Shown: one piece after another, positions 39,827 to 51,400 of the stretch
Numbering within the stretch: the stretch's first letter is position 1
How the letters are laid out: each line of letters starts with the position of its first letter
Source: Candidatus Marinacidobacterales bacterium
GTDB taxonomy: Bacteria > Acidobacteriota > Vicinamibacteria > Marinacidobacterales > SMYC01
NCBI GenBank assembly: GCA_965224085.1
Contig: CBDCYI010000005.1
Coordinates: forward strand, 576,001-640,000
Direction of reading: 5' to 3'
DNA: 64,000 bases
The notes under the pieces: model-generated
Seen by the model: the letters and a program-made list of their open reading frames with translations, nothing else
Database searches by the model: none
What the model was told of the DNA's origin: nothing
Translations under genes and position numbers: made by a program

Positions 39827-41081
39827 AGCGTCGAAACGAAACCTCGGTTCCGCGGACTTTTTTCTACTCTGGGCCGGGGTTGCCATCTCCCTCGCGGAGA
39901 TTTGGGCCGGGGGATTTCTCGCACCCATGGGGTTTTGGCGCGCGCTGTTGGCCATCTTGCTCGGGCACGCGATCGGCAACACCCTCATGGCGCTCGGCGG
40001 CGTTCCCGGCTCCGATCACGGCATCCCGTCCATGGTGTCCGTGCGCCCGTCCTTCGGTATCCGCGGCTCGAGCTTCGCCGCCATCCTCAACGTGATCCAG
40101 CTCGTCTGCTGGGCGTCCATCATGCTCATCATCGGCGGCCGCGCGGGGGCGGTGCTGGGCGGGCCCATCGGAGGCATCTGGGCGTCGCATCGGTTCTGGA
40201 TCGTCGTCATTGGCTCCGGCACGCTGGCCTGGGCGCTCTTCACGGGCCGCCGTGTCTGGAAGATCCTGCAGGCAGGTGCGGTCGTCGGTCTTCTCACCGT
40301 CATTACAATGTTGAGCTGGGAGACTTATGAATCTTTCTTGGCGTTCACGGCGAGCGCGACGGGGCAGACGGACGGCGGCGAGATGCCTTTCATGGTTGGC
40401 CTCGATCTCGTCATAGCCATGCCCATTTCATGGATGCCGCTCGTGGCAGACTACTCCCGCTTTTCCCGCAGGACGACATCTTCGTTTTGGACCACGTGGA
40501 TCGGCTATTTCCTCGTATCGTCGTGGATGTTCGTTCTCGGTCTGATGGCGACCCTCGTCACGGGCACGGCCGAGCCGCACATCCAAATGCTCGAGCTCAT
40601 GGGCGCGGCCGGGCTCGCCATCCCGGCCCTTCTCATGGTGGTCTTCTCGACTATAACTTCCGATTTTCCCGATCTTTATTCCGCCACGTGCTCGATGCTC
40701 AACGTCTCCGAGAAAATCAGCGCGCGGGGCTTCATGTGGGTAACGGGCATCGTCTCGATCCTCACAGCACTCGTCTTTCCGATGGACCGCTACGAGAGCT
40801 TCCTTTATCTCATCGGCGCGATGTTCACCCCGCTCTTCGGCATCGTCCTCACCGACTATTTCCTCATCAGGAAACGCCGGCTCGAAGTCGACGGGCTCTA
40901 CGACGACGCCGGTCCGTATCGCTACGCCTCGGGATTCAACCGCCTCGCGCTTCTCTGCTGGGCGGCCGGCTTCGCCACCTACAAGCTCATCGAAGTCTCC
41001 GGGCTCCCGTTGGGCGCAACACTCCCTTCCGTCCTCGTCTCAGGCCTGCTATATCTCGCATTCACTCCCCGGCAAGCGTGA
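39827..41081 (+). CDS. NCS1 purine/cytosine permease (CytX-like); start region apparently deleted
   Basis: The frame continues upstream of ATG 39927 as SKRNLGSADFFLLWAGVAISLAEIWAGG; MPISWMPLVADYSR. Confidence 0.8.
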
Positions 41082-41183
41082 GCCGCGGCTTTGGGTTATA
41101 ATCTTTACGATCAGTCTCTTCAACCAGGTCTGTGCTTCAACTCCTTGATAGCTTCCCATTCAGACACGACACCATCGAACTCC

Positions 41184-42593
41184 ATGACCACAACCGAAAT
41201 AGACACTAAAACTTTCCAAACGTTTGGCTTGGGCGAAGCCACGCTCCGCTCTCTCGAGGAGATGCGCTACGAGCTTCCCACGGACGTGCAACGGGAGGCG
41301 ATCCCCCTCGCCCTCTCAGGCAAGGACCTCGTCGTGCAATCCCGTACCGGCACGGGTAAGACCGCCGCCTTCGGCATCCCCATCGTCGAAAAAATCGAGG
41401 CGGAGGGAGCCTTTGTGCAAGCCATGGTATTGACGCCGACTCGCGAGCTCACGGCTCAAGTGTGTGAAGAGCTCGGCCGCATCGGCCACGATAAAGGCGT
41501 AAAGGTCGAAGCCATCTACGGTGGCGAGTCCATCGGAAAACAAATCGACGGTATCCGCGCCGGCGCTCAAGTCGTCGTCGGCACTCCCGGGCGCGTGCTC
41601 GACCTTTTGAGACGCGGCGAGCTGAAGCTCGGCGGCGCGCGCTTCCTCGTGCTCGACGAAGCCGACAAGATGCTGGACATGGGTTTCGCTCAGGAAATGA
41701 GCGACATCATGCACTTCGTCCCGAGCGAACGCCAGACCTGTCTGTTCTCCGCAACGGTCCCGCTCGGCATCCGAGGCCTCATCCACAACTATTTGAACGA
41801 GCCGAGCCGGGTCTCGCTCTCCGAAGACTTCGCCTATGTGAAGGAAGTTCGGCACACGTACATCATGGCGCCGGCGGCGCAAAAAGAAGATGTGCTCTAC
41901 AAAGTGATCGAGCACGATCAGCCGACCGCGTCCATGATCTTCTGCAATACGCGCAACGAAGTGCGCTCTGTCTCCACGTTTCTCGCTAGACAAGGGTTGC
42001 CCGTCGCTATGATCTCGAGCGATCTCACGCAGAAAAAACGCGAGCAGGTCATGTCCCGGTTCCGCGCGGGCACGATCCGTCATCTCGTCGCGACCGACGT
42101 CGCCGCCCGTGGGATCGACATCGACGAGCTCTCCCATGTCTTCATCTACTCGACTCCGGACTCACCCGAGGACTATATCCATCGCGCAGGCAGGACGGGC
42201 CGCAGCGGGCGCAGCGGCAATGTCGTATCGCTCGTCTCGGCGACCGATCTCGTCAGCTTCAACCGGCAGGCCAATCGCTACGAGCTCGAGCTCACCGAGC
42301 GCGAGGTGCCCACCGAGGAAGAAATAACGAAGCGGCGCACCGAACGCCTTCTCGGCCGCCTCGAAGAGGACGCGCTCAAGAGCACAGGCGAGCTGACGCC
42401 TCTCGTGAACGCGATTTGGGAGCATCCAAAAGGCAAGCTCATCGTCGCAGCTCTCGTGAAAAAGCGCCTCGACGAGACTTCGAAGGTCGAGTTGGAAGAA
42501 GACGATGAGAGCGACGCACCAAAACAGAGCGAGCGAAGCTCGAGGCAGCAGCGACGCCGCCGTCGTGGCCGCAGCCCGCGCAAAGGGAGCTGA
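41184..42593 (+). CDS. DEAD-box RNA helicase (DeaD/CshA-like)
   Basis: TGTGKT, PTREL, TPGR, DEAD, SAT, ARGID, HRAGRTGR. Confidence 0.95.
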   Translation: MTTTEIDTKTFQTFGLGEATLRSLEEMRYELPTDVQREAIPLALSGKDLVVQSRTGTGKTAAFGIPIVEKIEAEGAFVQAMVLTPTRELTAQVCEELGRIGHDKGVKVEAIYGGESIGKQIDGIRAGAQVVVGTPGRVLDLLRRGELKLGGARFLVLDEADKMLDMGFAQEMSDIMHFVPSERQTCLFSATVPLGIRGLIHNYLNEPSRVSLSEDFAYVKEVRHTYIMAPAAQKEDVLYKVIEHDQPTASMIFCNTRNEVRSVSTFLARQGLPVAMISSDLTQKKREQVMSRFRAGTIRHLVATDVAARGIDIDELSHVFIYSTPDSPEDYIHRAGRTGRSGRSGNVVSLVSATDLVSFNRQANRYELELTEREVPTEEEITKRRTERLLGRLEEDALKSTGELTPLVNAIWEHPKGKLIVAALVKKRLDETSKVELEEDDESDAPKQSERSSRQQRRRRRGRSPRKGS

Positions 42594-42599
42594 CCCGCT

Positions 42600-44177
42600 T
42601 CAGCTCACCTCATAGACGGTCTCGTTCTCCGTGCGATGAACGCGATTCAACCCTGAGAGCTCGTTAAGCAGCTTCTCCATCTCGGCGGCGCGACCGCGTA
42701 GATAAAGATCGCGATGGAGAATGACGTAGCGAAAACCGAGGCGCTCGAGTAGCACGATCGCCGCGTCGTCGGGCACGGGATTGCACGCTTCGAAAATCTC
42801 CGCATAGACAGGAGGTACGACCGTACCATAGCCATTGGCCAGTGGCTTGAAGTGTGTCGTGGACCAATAGAGATAGATCGCGTTATCCGCGTCACGCTTC
42901 GGCGGCGGAAGCGGAAGTTCGACCACAGGGACCGCGCCGGGTATATCCGAGAGCCATGCATAGACCGCTGGTATCGGGGGCGCTTGTGTGTAATGCGTCG
43001 GGCCAACGGACTCGACGAGCGGGAATAGAACGAGCGCAGCGCCGAGAGCGTGGCTCGGAAAACGCTTCAACACGAGGGCGGCGCCGTGAGCCGCGAGCAT
43101 CGCCATGGCGAAGAACACGTAGATCGCGAAGCGTGGGGGTACCCGGACCCCGTCCAATCCCGGGATGACGGCATGGAGGACACGATAGAGACCCCATGCC
43201 GGGCCGAGACTCGCCCAGGCGGCGACGATCGCGAGGATCAAGTAGAGGCCGCTCGCACGATTCAACCGAGCGATCGCGAGGAGCGCGAGTCCCACGGCGA
43301 GGATACCGGGAAAGAGGGTGCGCTCGCTACTAGGCGGCTTCAACCCTAGCGCTTGATGGAGATGGGAGCCCGAGCGCAGGTAATCGCCCGGACGCGCCGA
43401 GGCTCGTTGCAAGCGGCGTGTCGGCCGGGACAACCCAAAATCGTCGCCGAGCCGCATGAAAGGGAGCGCTAGCGGCAAGAACGCGAGCCCCGCCAGAACA
43501 AGTGCGACGCCGAGTCCGATAACGCGGCGGCGATCCGTAGTCATTCGCGTTCTAAAGAGCTCGAAAGGGATCGCCACGCCGAGCAGAATCCACGTAAAGA
43601 TGCCGTAATACGCGGACGACGCGCAGACGAACCACAGGAACACGGCGACGCCAACCGCGTAGCGGAGCTTCCCTTCTTCGAGATAACGCGTGAGACACAA
43701 AAAGAGAAGCGGGATAAAGCCCGCGTTTTGGAGCTGTATATGCGCAAGATGGTTGAGGCGATAGGCATCGAAGGCGAAGACGCTCCCGGCGACGGCCCCC
43801 GCGACGCGCGACCCCGTGAGATGCCATCCAAGCCGGTAGGCGCCATAGCCCGAAAGCGCAAACGCGAGGAGCGTCGCGAGGTTGAACGTCAGCAACGCGT
43901 CCCCGAAAAGCCACGTCACCGGCGCCATGAGGATCCCGAGACCGACCATCGGGTCGTTGAACGCAAGCGTCCCCGCCTCAGGGTAAAAGCGGTTCGAGTC
44001 GAACAGGTGCACGGGATCACGAGGAAGCTGATGCGCCACCCAAGACAAGGCCCAAGCATCGAGCAGCGGATCGTAGCGATCTTTCGTGGCTGTACGGATA
44101 TCGCGCACGAGCGGGTACGTAAAGACGGCAGCCCCTGCAAGAAAGAGGACGAATACGACCATCTCGCGCCATCGCAT
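42600..44177 (-). CDS. GT-C-like/YfhO-like multipass membrane protein
   Basis: DPLLDAWALSW, many TM segments, RVPPRF, LANGY. Confidence 0.7.
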   Translation of the reverse strand: MRWREMVVFVLFLAGAAVFTYPLVRDIRTATKDRYDPLLDAWALSWVAHQLPRDPVHLFDSNRFYPEAGTLAFNDPMVGLGILMAPVTWLFGDALLTFNLATLLAFALSGYGAYRLGWHLTGSRVAGAVAGSVFAFDAYRLNHLAHIQLQNAGFIPLLFLCLTRYLEEGKLRYAVGVAVFLWFVCASSAYYGIFTWILLGVAIPFELFRTRMTTDRRRVIGLGVALVLAGLAFLPLALPFMRLGDDFGLSRPTRRLQRASARPGDYLRSGSHLHQALGLKPPSSERTLFPGILAVGLALLAIARLNRASGLYLILAIVAAWASLGPAWGLYRVLHAVIPGLDGVRVPPRFAIYVFFAMAMLAAHGAALVLKRFPSHALGAALVLFPLVESVGPTHYTQAPPIPAVYAWLSDIPGAVPVVELPLPPPKRDADNAIYLYWSTTHFKPLANGYGTVVPPVYAEIFEACNPVPDDAAIVLLERLGFRYVILHRDLYLRGRAAEMEKLLNELSGLNRVHRTENETVYEVS

Positions 44178-44227
44178 GAGCAGCGCGATTATATGCTGCT
44201 ATCGCCCCTCTGCCTTCCGCGATTAGA

Positions 44228-45922
44228 ATGACGAACGTGATCCGTCATTTCTTTGCCGTCTTGGCTCTGTCACTCGCTTGTTCCGGTTGCGCGAGTGATG
44301 AGCCATCGCCGCTCGTCGTGCTCATCGCCGTCGACGGCGCGACACCCGAGCTCATCAACGAGCTTCGGGCACGAGGCGAGCTTCCCAACATCGATCGGCT
44401 CATCCGCGAGGGAAGCTGGGGTCCCATGGAATCACTCGCCGCCAGGCGCCGACTTCGACCGAAGCCGCGCCGGGGCTATTGGTCACCGATCGTCTGGGCT
44501 TCGATGGCGACGGGAAAAATTCCCGACAAGCACGGCATCGTGGATTTTCTCCTGCCTCGGCCTGGAACTTCGTTCGTCTGGGCGGGGCAAAACGACGGAG
44601 CGCCTTTGGCCGAGATCCGGCTCCCCGAAATCTCCGGCGCGTCGCCCCACACGTTGAACGTGCGCCTTCGCAACTACGCGCCGAACGGGACCCAAAACGT
44701 CGAGCTTACGATGAACGGACAGACCCTCGGTAGCGTCGAGCTCACCAACAACTGGAAAGATGAAACGCTCGCGATCCCGCGTGACGCTTTGCGTCCCGCG
44801 GAGAATCGTCTCAGGCTCGCCTTCGAGCGCCAAAGTCGTCCGGCGGATCACGGACCGTCGAACGATCAGCGCTCGCTCGCGGGAGCCGTCGCGTCGCTGT
44901 CGATCCATAACGCCGGCGAGGTCGTCGTCACGTTCGACCCCGTTCACGGAAGGTTCGATCTCATCCGCGGCTTCCATCCACCCGAAGCCAAAGTCGTCGA
45001 GGCGCAGAGCACGCACCTGCGCGCGATGCCGGTCTGGAACCTTCTTGGCGATGCCGGACATCCAGTGGGAATCGTTGGCTACTGGACGACGTGGCCCGCT
45101 TACGCCGTCAACGGTTTTCTCGTGAGCTCGCATCTCGGCATACGCGGCGAACGGAAGAAGACGTCGACCGCACTCACGTGGCCGCCCGAGCTCGTCGACG
45201 AGATTGAGACGCTCGCTCCCGATGACGTGGCCATCGCGCGCATGACCGCCGAGCTCTTTCCCCAAACGTGCCAGCCCCTCTCGCCCAAGAAGCTCAGGAG
45301 CTTCGAGCGCATTCTATGGCAGGACGCGTTCTACCAGCGCATTGCGCGCAAGCTCCTCCCGACGATGGACCGCGGCTTTTTCACCGTTTACTTCGAGTCG
45401 ATCGATGCGAGCGCCCATCTCTTTCTTCCCTTCCGCCACGGGAAGGCCATCCCGCCAGGTTGTCCCGACACGGTGCGCGACGTCGTCGACAAGACCTATC
45501 TTCAAATCGATGGTTTTTTTGGCGAGCTCGTTGCGGTACTTCCCGACCGCGCCACCGTCATGCTCGTCTCCGATCACGGCAGCTCATCGGGCGGCGATCG
45601 CGGCTATCATGCGCCGTTCGGTGTGTTCGCCGCTCGCGGACCAGGCATCCGCGCCGGAGGCGAGGTGCGCGGCACGATGGTCCTCGACATTGCGCCCACG
45701 ATTCTCTACGCGCTCGGCGAAGGCGTGCCGCTCGACATGGACGGAAAAGTCGCGGTCTCGAGCTTCGAGGCCGGCTGGCTCGAAGCCCACCCCGTAGCCT
45801 ATCTGGAGACCGACACATCGATGACCCCCGAAGGCGCGACGGAGACGGAAATCTCAGAGGAAATGCTCGAGCGCCTTCGCTCATTGGGTTATGTAGATAG
45901 TCGGGAGGCTGAGCGCCGGTAA
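44228..45922 (+). CDS. Alkaline phosphatase/nucleotide pyrophosphatase-family lipoprotein
   Basis: IAVDGA, SPIVWASMATG, VSDHG, DIAPT, LRSLGY; the original stop may be TAG at 45898-45900. Confidence 0.85.
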   Translation: MTNVIRHFFAVLALSLACSGCASDEPSPLVVLIAVDGATPELINELRARGELPNIDRLIREGSWGPMESLAARRRLRPKPRRGYWSPIVWASMATGKIPDKHGIVDFLLPRPGTSFVWAGQNDGAPLAEIRLPEISGASPHTLNVRLRNYAPNGTQNVELTMNGQTLGSVELTNNWKDETLAIPRDALRPAENRLRLAFERQSRPADHGPSNDQRSLAGAVASLSIHNAGEVVVTFDPVHGRFDLIRGFHPPEAKVVEAQSTHLRAMPVWNLLGDAGHPVGIVGYWTTWPAYAVNGFLVSSHLGIRGERKKTSTALTWPPELVDEIETLAPDDVAIARMTAELFPQTCQPLSPKKLRSFERILWQDAFYQRIARKLLPTMDRGFFTVYFESIDASAHLFLPFRHGKAIPPGCPDTVRDVVDKTYLQIDGFFGELVAVLPDRATVMLVSDHGSSSGGDRGYHAPFGVFAARGPGIRAGGEVRGTMVLDIAPTILYALGEGVPLDMDGKVAVSSFEAGWLEAHPVAYLETDTSMTPEGATETEISEEMLERLRSLGYVDSREAERR

Positions 45923-45978
45923 TCGCCCGAACGGGCCGAGGCTCGTTGCAAGCGGTGTGTCGGCCGGGACAACCCAAA
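45903..45978. repeat. Diverged direct copy of 43364-43439
   Basis: 70/76 identical by manual ungapped alignment. Confidence 0.9.
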
Positions 45979-46335
45979 CCCGGGACGCCGAGCCGCCGAC
46001 GCCTGTTACCTATGACTACCACGTCGTAAGCGATCGCGTCGCGACGTACCACGACATGCGGCGCGCCATCGGGGATCCGGAAAGCCTCATTCTGGACACG
46101 CGTAGCGATGGTGAGTGGTTCGGCACGGATCAACGAGCCGCGCGCAACGGCACGATTCCTTCTGCGGTCCACCTGGAGTGGGTCCATCTATTGAGCGACG
46201 ACGGACAGTTCAAAGCGAAGGACGAGCTCCAAGCGGTCTTTCGAAGCCGTGCGATCAATCGTGAGGATGAGATCCTCGCTCTTTGCAACACGGGCTATCG
46301 GTCGGCCCACGCCTACGTCGCCCTTCGGCTCCTAG

Positions 46336-48337
46336 CCCATGTTTCCCTTTTAGGTCTCTAAGTCATCATAAACAAAGGACTGAGATCCGCGGTTTGTCTC
46401 TACGCTGACAGCACCTCCTCGGAGAAGGCTGGCGGGTCGCGTTCAACGATTCCGAGTGCAGTCAGGATCGAGTTGGCGCGAGCGGTGCCGCGCGTGACGA
46501 CGCGCTTGGTCCGCCCAGAACCCAGCTGTAAGTCGACGAGCCGGACCGAGCGTAGCGCTTGTAGTGCCTCGGTTGCGGACAGGTCGAGTTCGGCGACCTT
46601 GAGCTTTTTCTCAAGAGCCCGATGCACAAGGAAGGCCAGCGTAGCTACGAAAAGATGTGCCTCCACACGCTCATCGGTCTGGTGGTAAACGGGACGCATC
46701 TCAATGACATCCTTAAGGCATGAGAAGGCTCGCTCGACCTCGTTTAGGTCCTTGTAAAGGCGCACGGCGTCGACCGGAGAGAGGTTTTGCTCCTCGGTTT
46801 GAATAACGTACTTACCCTCGTAGGCTTGCTCGCGCTTGAGGTTGACCGGGTGCTCGAAGAAGCGGAAGCGAGCGTTTTTGTACTCCCAGTCGTAGTAACG
46901 GTGACCGTGGTGGCGTGCCTGTATGCGCGCGGCGGCGGCACCGATTTTCTCGGGGGCTTTCAATCGTCCCTCGCGCACGCGGCGCTCAAGGGCCTCGAAT
47001 GCCGCACGGGCACGTCCCATGGCCCGCAGCCTCTGCCCGCGCTCGTAGGCGAGCCTTTCGTCGCTGTGAACGACGAAGATGCGCACGCCAGACTGCTCGG
47101 AGCGGACTTCTTGCACACGAGTCTTAGGTGGCTCGGCTTTTTCGCTCACCGTGATGCCACCAGGGCAGTCGATCCACTCTCCGCTGGCGCGCTCGATGTA
47201 ACGATAGACCTCCTCGCGCCGTCGTCTTTGCAGCCCGACGAGATAGCCCTGCTTGCGCGAGCGCACCACCGCCAGGCTGTCGCTCGTTACCATCCCTCGG
47301 TCGCCGACAAAAACCACGCGGTGCAAACCGAATCGTTCGTTGAGATCGTTGAGCACCTGCGGCACCGTTTTCGCGTCACGCCAGTTGCCGGCGAAAACAT
47401 GGTGGGCGATCGGCCAACCGTCCACCATCACCAGACCGACAAGCACTTGCCGGTTACGCGGTCTGCGGTCGCGACTGTAGCCGTGGGCGCCGAGCCCCGG
47501 AGGGCCTTGACCTTCGAAGTACGTCGACGTCAGGTCGTAAAACACCATGTCAACCTCAAGCGAAAACAGATCCCGCAAGCGCAAAAACAGCTCTTTCTCG
47601 ATCTGTTCTTTGCGGGCATGCAGCTGGTCGAGCGTTCGGTACCATTGCTTGAGTTGGCGAAACTCCACGCGAACCCGCGGGGAGCGACTCGCTCGCCGCT
47701 CCCCATCATCGCGCCACTGCGGCACCCACCGCCGCCCCTGCCGGTCGCAGACGAAGTCGGTCTCGAGCCAGCGCGCCAGACCGTGCTCGCTTGACGGAGC
47801 ACATAGCCGGTTGGCGACCAGCACCAAAGCTCGCTCGCTTAGCGCCACTCCGTCGCGCTTGCCGCGGCCTCCGAGCCGGTCGAGAATCTGCTCCAGTCCG
47901 AGCTCGCGCCACAGCGTCGCCGTCACCACCATCGGACCCCAATCCCACGCGTCTGCCCCCGCGATCTGCTCGGCTGCTCGCTCGGTGTCGGCCGGTTCAC
48001 CGGCCCCAAGCAACCGATTGAGGGAGTCGAGATTGGCAACTAGGAGATCCTTGCGCCCCAAGTTGCACACTACGCGTTGCTTCGGCTTGCCGTGCTCCCG
48101 ATACGACTCGACCAGGCGGACATACTCATGTTGAACCCCTTTGCCGCCTGCGGCCCGAACGATGCGGAAGAACATAACCTGTCCTCACGCATACTACATA
48201 TCATTGTCCACGATTACAACGTATTAATGGCGCTCAAAGCACAATATCTGTCTCTACGTTTTGGGCAAATTCAACCCCCGTTCCTTTGAATTCAGTCACT
48301 TACGAGCGTTAGGGTGCCCATAAAGGGTAAACATGGG
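46336..48337 (-). mobile_element. IS1634-family element with a CTAG target duplication
   Basis: Imperfect IR starting cccatgttt (16/19 by eye); CTAG at 46332-46335 and 48338-48341. Confidence 0.9.
46400..48175 (-). CDS. IS1634-family transposase
   Basis: YDLTSTYFEG, GYSRD, VGDRG, VERAF..LK..IEMRPVYH. Confidence 0.95.
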   Translation of the reverse strand: MFFRIVRAAGGKGVQHEYVRLVESYREHGKPKQRVVCNLGRKDLLVANLDSLNRLLGAGEPADTERAAEQIAGADAWDWGPMVVTATLWRELGLEQILDRLGGRGKRDGVALSERALVLVANRLCAPSSEHGLARWLETDFVCDRQGRRWVPQWRDDGERRASRSPRVRVEFRQLKQWYRTLDQLHARKEQIEKELFLRLRDLFSLEVDMVFYDLTSTYFEGQGPPGLGAHGYSRDRRPRNRQVLVGLVMVDGWPIAHHVFAGNWRDAKTVPQVLNDLNERFGLHRVVFVGDRGMVTSDSLAVVRSRKQGYLVGLQRRRREEVYRYIERASGEWIDCPGGITVSEKAEPPKTRVQEVRSEQSGVRIFVVHSDERLAYERGQRLRAMGRARAAFEALERRVREGRLKAPEKIGAAAARIQARHHGHRYYDWEYKNARFRFFEHPVNLKREQAYEGKYVIQTEEQNLSPVDAVRLYKDLNEVERAFSCLKDVIEMRPVYHQTDERVEAHLFVATLAFLVHRALEKKLKVAELDLSATEALQALRSVRLVDLQLGSGRTKRVVTRGTARANSILTALGIVERDPPAFSEEVLSA

Positions 48338-48497
48338 CTAGAGTACCCACGTGTGCGCAACTATGTTGGCTCGTGGCAAGAATGGGGTAACCGAGACGGG
48401 CTGCCGGTCGTAACGCCCAAGGACGCGACGCGCGCGCCCAATCGTGCCCTCGACTAGCAAGTTGAAGTAGACTTGCCCGGCGTTGCCTGGAGGTTTT

Positions 48498-51400
48498 ATG
48501 CTCGCGAAAATCTTGCCCCTGTTTCTACTCGTCGCCGTCCCACTGGCGGCCCAAGACGTCTCTGAAGAGCTCTATCAAGATCTGAAATACCGCCACATCG
48601 GCCCCGTCGGCAACCGCGTCGCGGCCGTCGCGGGCGTGGCCGGCGATCCGCTCACCTACTATGCCGGCGCGGCTTCCGGCGGCATTTGGAAGTCCGAGGA
48701 CGGCGGCGAGTATTGGCGTCCGATCTTCGACGATCACCCCGAGCACGCTATCGGTGCGCTCGCCGTAGCGCCCTCCGATGCCCAGATCGTTTGGGCGGGG
48801 ACGGGTGAGCCGCACATCCGATCGAACGTTTCCATCGGAAGCGGTGTCTACAAATCCACCGATGGCGGCGAGACGTGGACGAAGATGGGGCTCGCTTGGC
48901 CGAGCCGCACGGCGCGTGTGCTCATCCACCCCAAGAATCCCGACATCGTCTATGTCGCCGCGCTCGGGCACAGCCACGGCCCTCAAGCAGAGCGGGGCAT
49001 CTTCCGCACGATGGACGGTGGTGAGACGTGGGAGCACGTGCTTTTCGTCGACGAGAACACCGGCGCGTCGAGCCTCGAGATGAGCCCGAACAACCCGCGT
49101 ATCCTCTTCGCAGGAATGTGGAACGTTCAAGTGCACACGTGGGGCCGCGAGAGTGGCGGTTCGGGAAGCGGCATCTACATGTCGCGCGACAGCGGCGACA
49201 CTTGGACCAAGCTCGAAGGCAACGGGCTCCCCGAGCTTCCTGTCGGCAAAGTCGACATTTGTTTGACACCCGCGGACTCGAATCGCATCTATGCGCTGAT
49301 CGAGACGGGCGACGGTGTCCCTTGGCACGGCGAGAAGACCGAGAGCGGCGAGTTATGGCGCTCGGATGACGGCGGCAAGAATTGGCGCTTGATGACGCAC
49401 GACCGCAACCTCGGCGGCCGCACGGGTTACTACAACAACTGCGTCGTCCTGCCGGACGACCCCGATGAAGTCTTGTTCTTGACGGCCGCCTTCGTGCGTT
49501 CGATTGACGGCGGACGTACAGGTATTCCCCTCCGTGGGCGCCAACGTCCAGGCGGCGACTACCATGACTTGTGGATCGATCCGACGGATGGTAACCGGAT
49601 GATTGTCGGAAACGATGGCGGCACGGCCGTCACGATGACCCGCGGCAAGAGCTGGCACCGGGTGCAGCTTCCTATTGCCCAGATGTACCACGTGACCGCG
49701 GACAACGCGATCCCCTACAACGTCATGGGCAATCGTCAAGACGGGCCGTCCACGCGCGGGCCGAGCCGGAGCCGTACCCGCGGCTTCGGTGGCGGCAGCA
49801 TCCCGCGCGGGATGTGGCATTCCGTCGGCGGCGGCGAGAGCGGCTTCGCCAGCCCGGATCCGACGGACCCGAACATCATCTGGTCGAGCGCTTCCGGCGC
49901 CGGGGCGCGCGGCGGCATCGTCGTCCGCTACAACGAGACGACGCGCCAGTTCCGTCAAGTCGAAGTGTGGCCGGAGAGCACAGGGGGCTGGCCCGCGGCG
50001 GAGCTCCGCTACCGCTTTCAGTGGACGTTTCCGCTCCTCATCTCACCGCACGACAACAACACCGTGTTCGTAACGAGCCAGAACGTGCATCGCACGACGA
50101 ATGGCGGCCAGAGCTGGGATGTCATCAGTCCCGACCTCACCACCGACGACAAGTCGAGGCAAGGCATTTCAGGTGGCCTCACACCGGACAATATCGGTGT
50201 CGAGTATTGCTGTGTCATCTACGCGTTCGACGAGTCTCCCGCGCAGGCAGGTGTGCTGTGGGCGGGCTCTAACGACGGCATGGTGCACGTCAGCCGTGAC
50301 GGCGGCACCAGTTGGGCCGACGTTACCGGCAATCTTCCCGACCTGCCGCCCGACGGCGTCGTCCGAGGCATCGACGCCTCGAAGTGGGACGCCGCGAAAG
50401 CCTACCTGGCGATCGAGCATCATCAGCAAGGCAACTTCGACCCGCATGTCTACAAGACCGACGACTATGGCGCGAGCTGGACGAAGATCGTCGACGGCAT
50501 CACGGATAGCCCACTCAGCTACGCGCGCGCGGTCATCGAGGATCCGGTCCGGCCCGGCCTTCTCTATCTCGGCACCGAGAACGCCGTCTACGTGTCGTTC
50601 AACGACGGCGAGCTCTGGAAGCCGCTCCAGAACAACTTGCCGGCCTCGCCAAACTACGGCCTCGTCGTTCAAGAACACTTCAACGATCTCGTCGTGGGCA
50701 CTTACGGACGCGGTTTTTGGATTCTGGATGACGTCAGCCCGCTTCAGCAGCTGACGGACGAAGTCGCCTCTTCCGAAGCGCACTTGTTCGAACCGAAACC
50801 GGCCTACCGTTTTCGCCCGATCACGTCGCCGATGTCGATGCCGAACGATCCGTCGGTCGGCGAAAATCCGCCAGAAGGCGCGAGCATCAACTATTGGTTA
50901 TCGGGCGAGGCGGAGGAAGGTGTATGCCTCGAGATCCAAAGCGCCGCCGGGGACACGCTACGGACTCTGAGCGGAACGAACCATCCCGGCATCAACCGCG
51001 TGTGGTGGGATTTCCGCGGCGAGCCGTCGACCGAAATCAAGCTTCGGACGGCGCCCCAATATGCGGATTGGGTCGAGCTCAATCAGGATCGTTGGCGTCC
51101 GGCTTTCGTCGGCCGCATCTCGGTCGTCGAGCCGCCGGGCACGTACACGGTGGTCTTGAAGGTCGGCGAGCACGCGATGCGCCAAACGCTCGAAGTCCTC
51201 AAAGATCCGAGTTCCGAAGGCTCCGAGGCGGACATCCGTGTGCAGACCGAGATGGTGCGCACGCTGAGAGACGAATTGAATGCCGTGGCGGAATCGATTA
51301 ACAAGATCGAGTGGATCCGCCGGCAGCTCGAAGACCTGCAGGCCGTCGCGGAAGATCTCGGCAACAACGCGGCCGCGATCGTGTCGAGCGCCCAAGAGCT

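Larger units (their letters stand above)
45979..48457 (+). pseudogene. Rhodanese/sulfurtransferase C-terminal domain, split by IS1634 and lacking its N-terminal domain
   Basis: LDTRS, GTIPSA, LCNTGYRSA; removing the IS and one CTAG restores RLLEYPRVRNYVGSWQEWG in frame. Confidence 0.85.

Noticed and set aside
39827-39926. TPP riboswitch upstream of the CytX-like permease
   Set aside because: No CTGAGA/ACCTGA core; the region is the coding N-terminal part of the permease itself
43364-45978. DGR template/variable repeat pair
   Set aside because: The six mismatches are not adenine-specific on either strand, and there is no reverse transcriptase in the window
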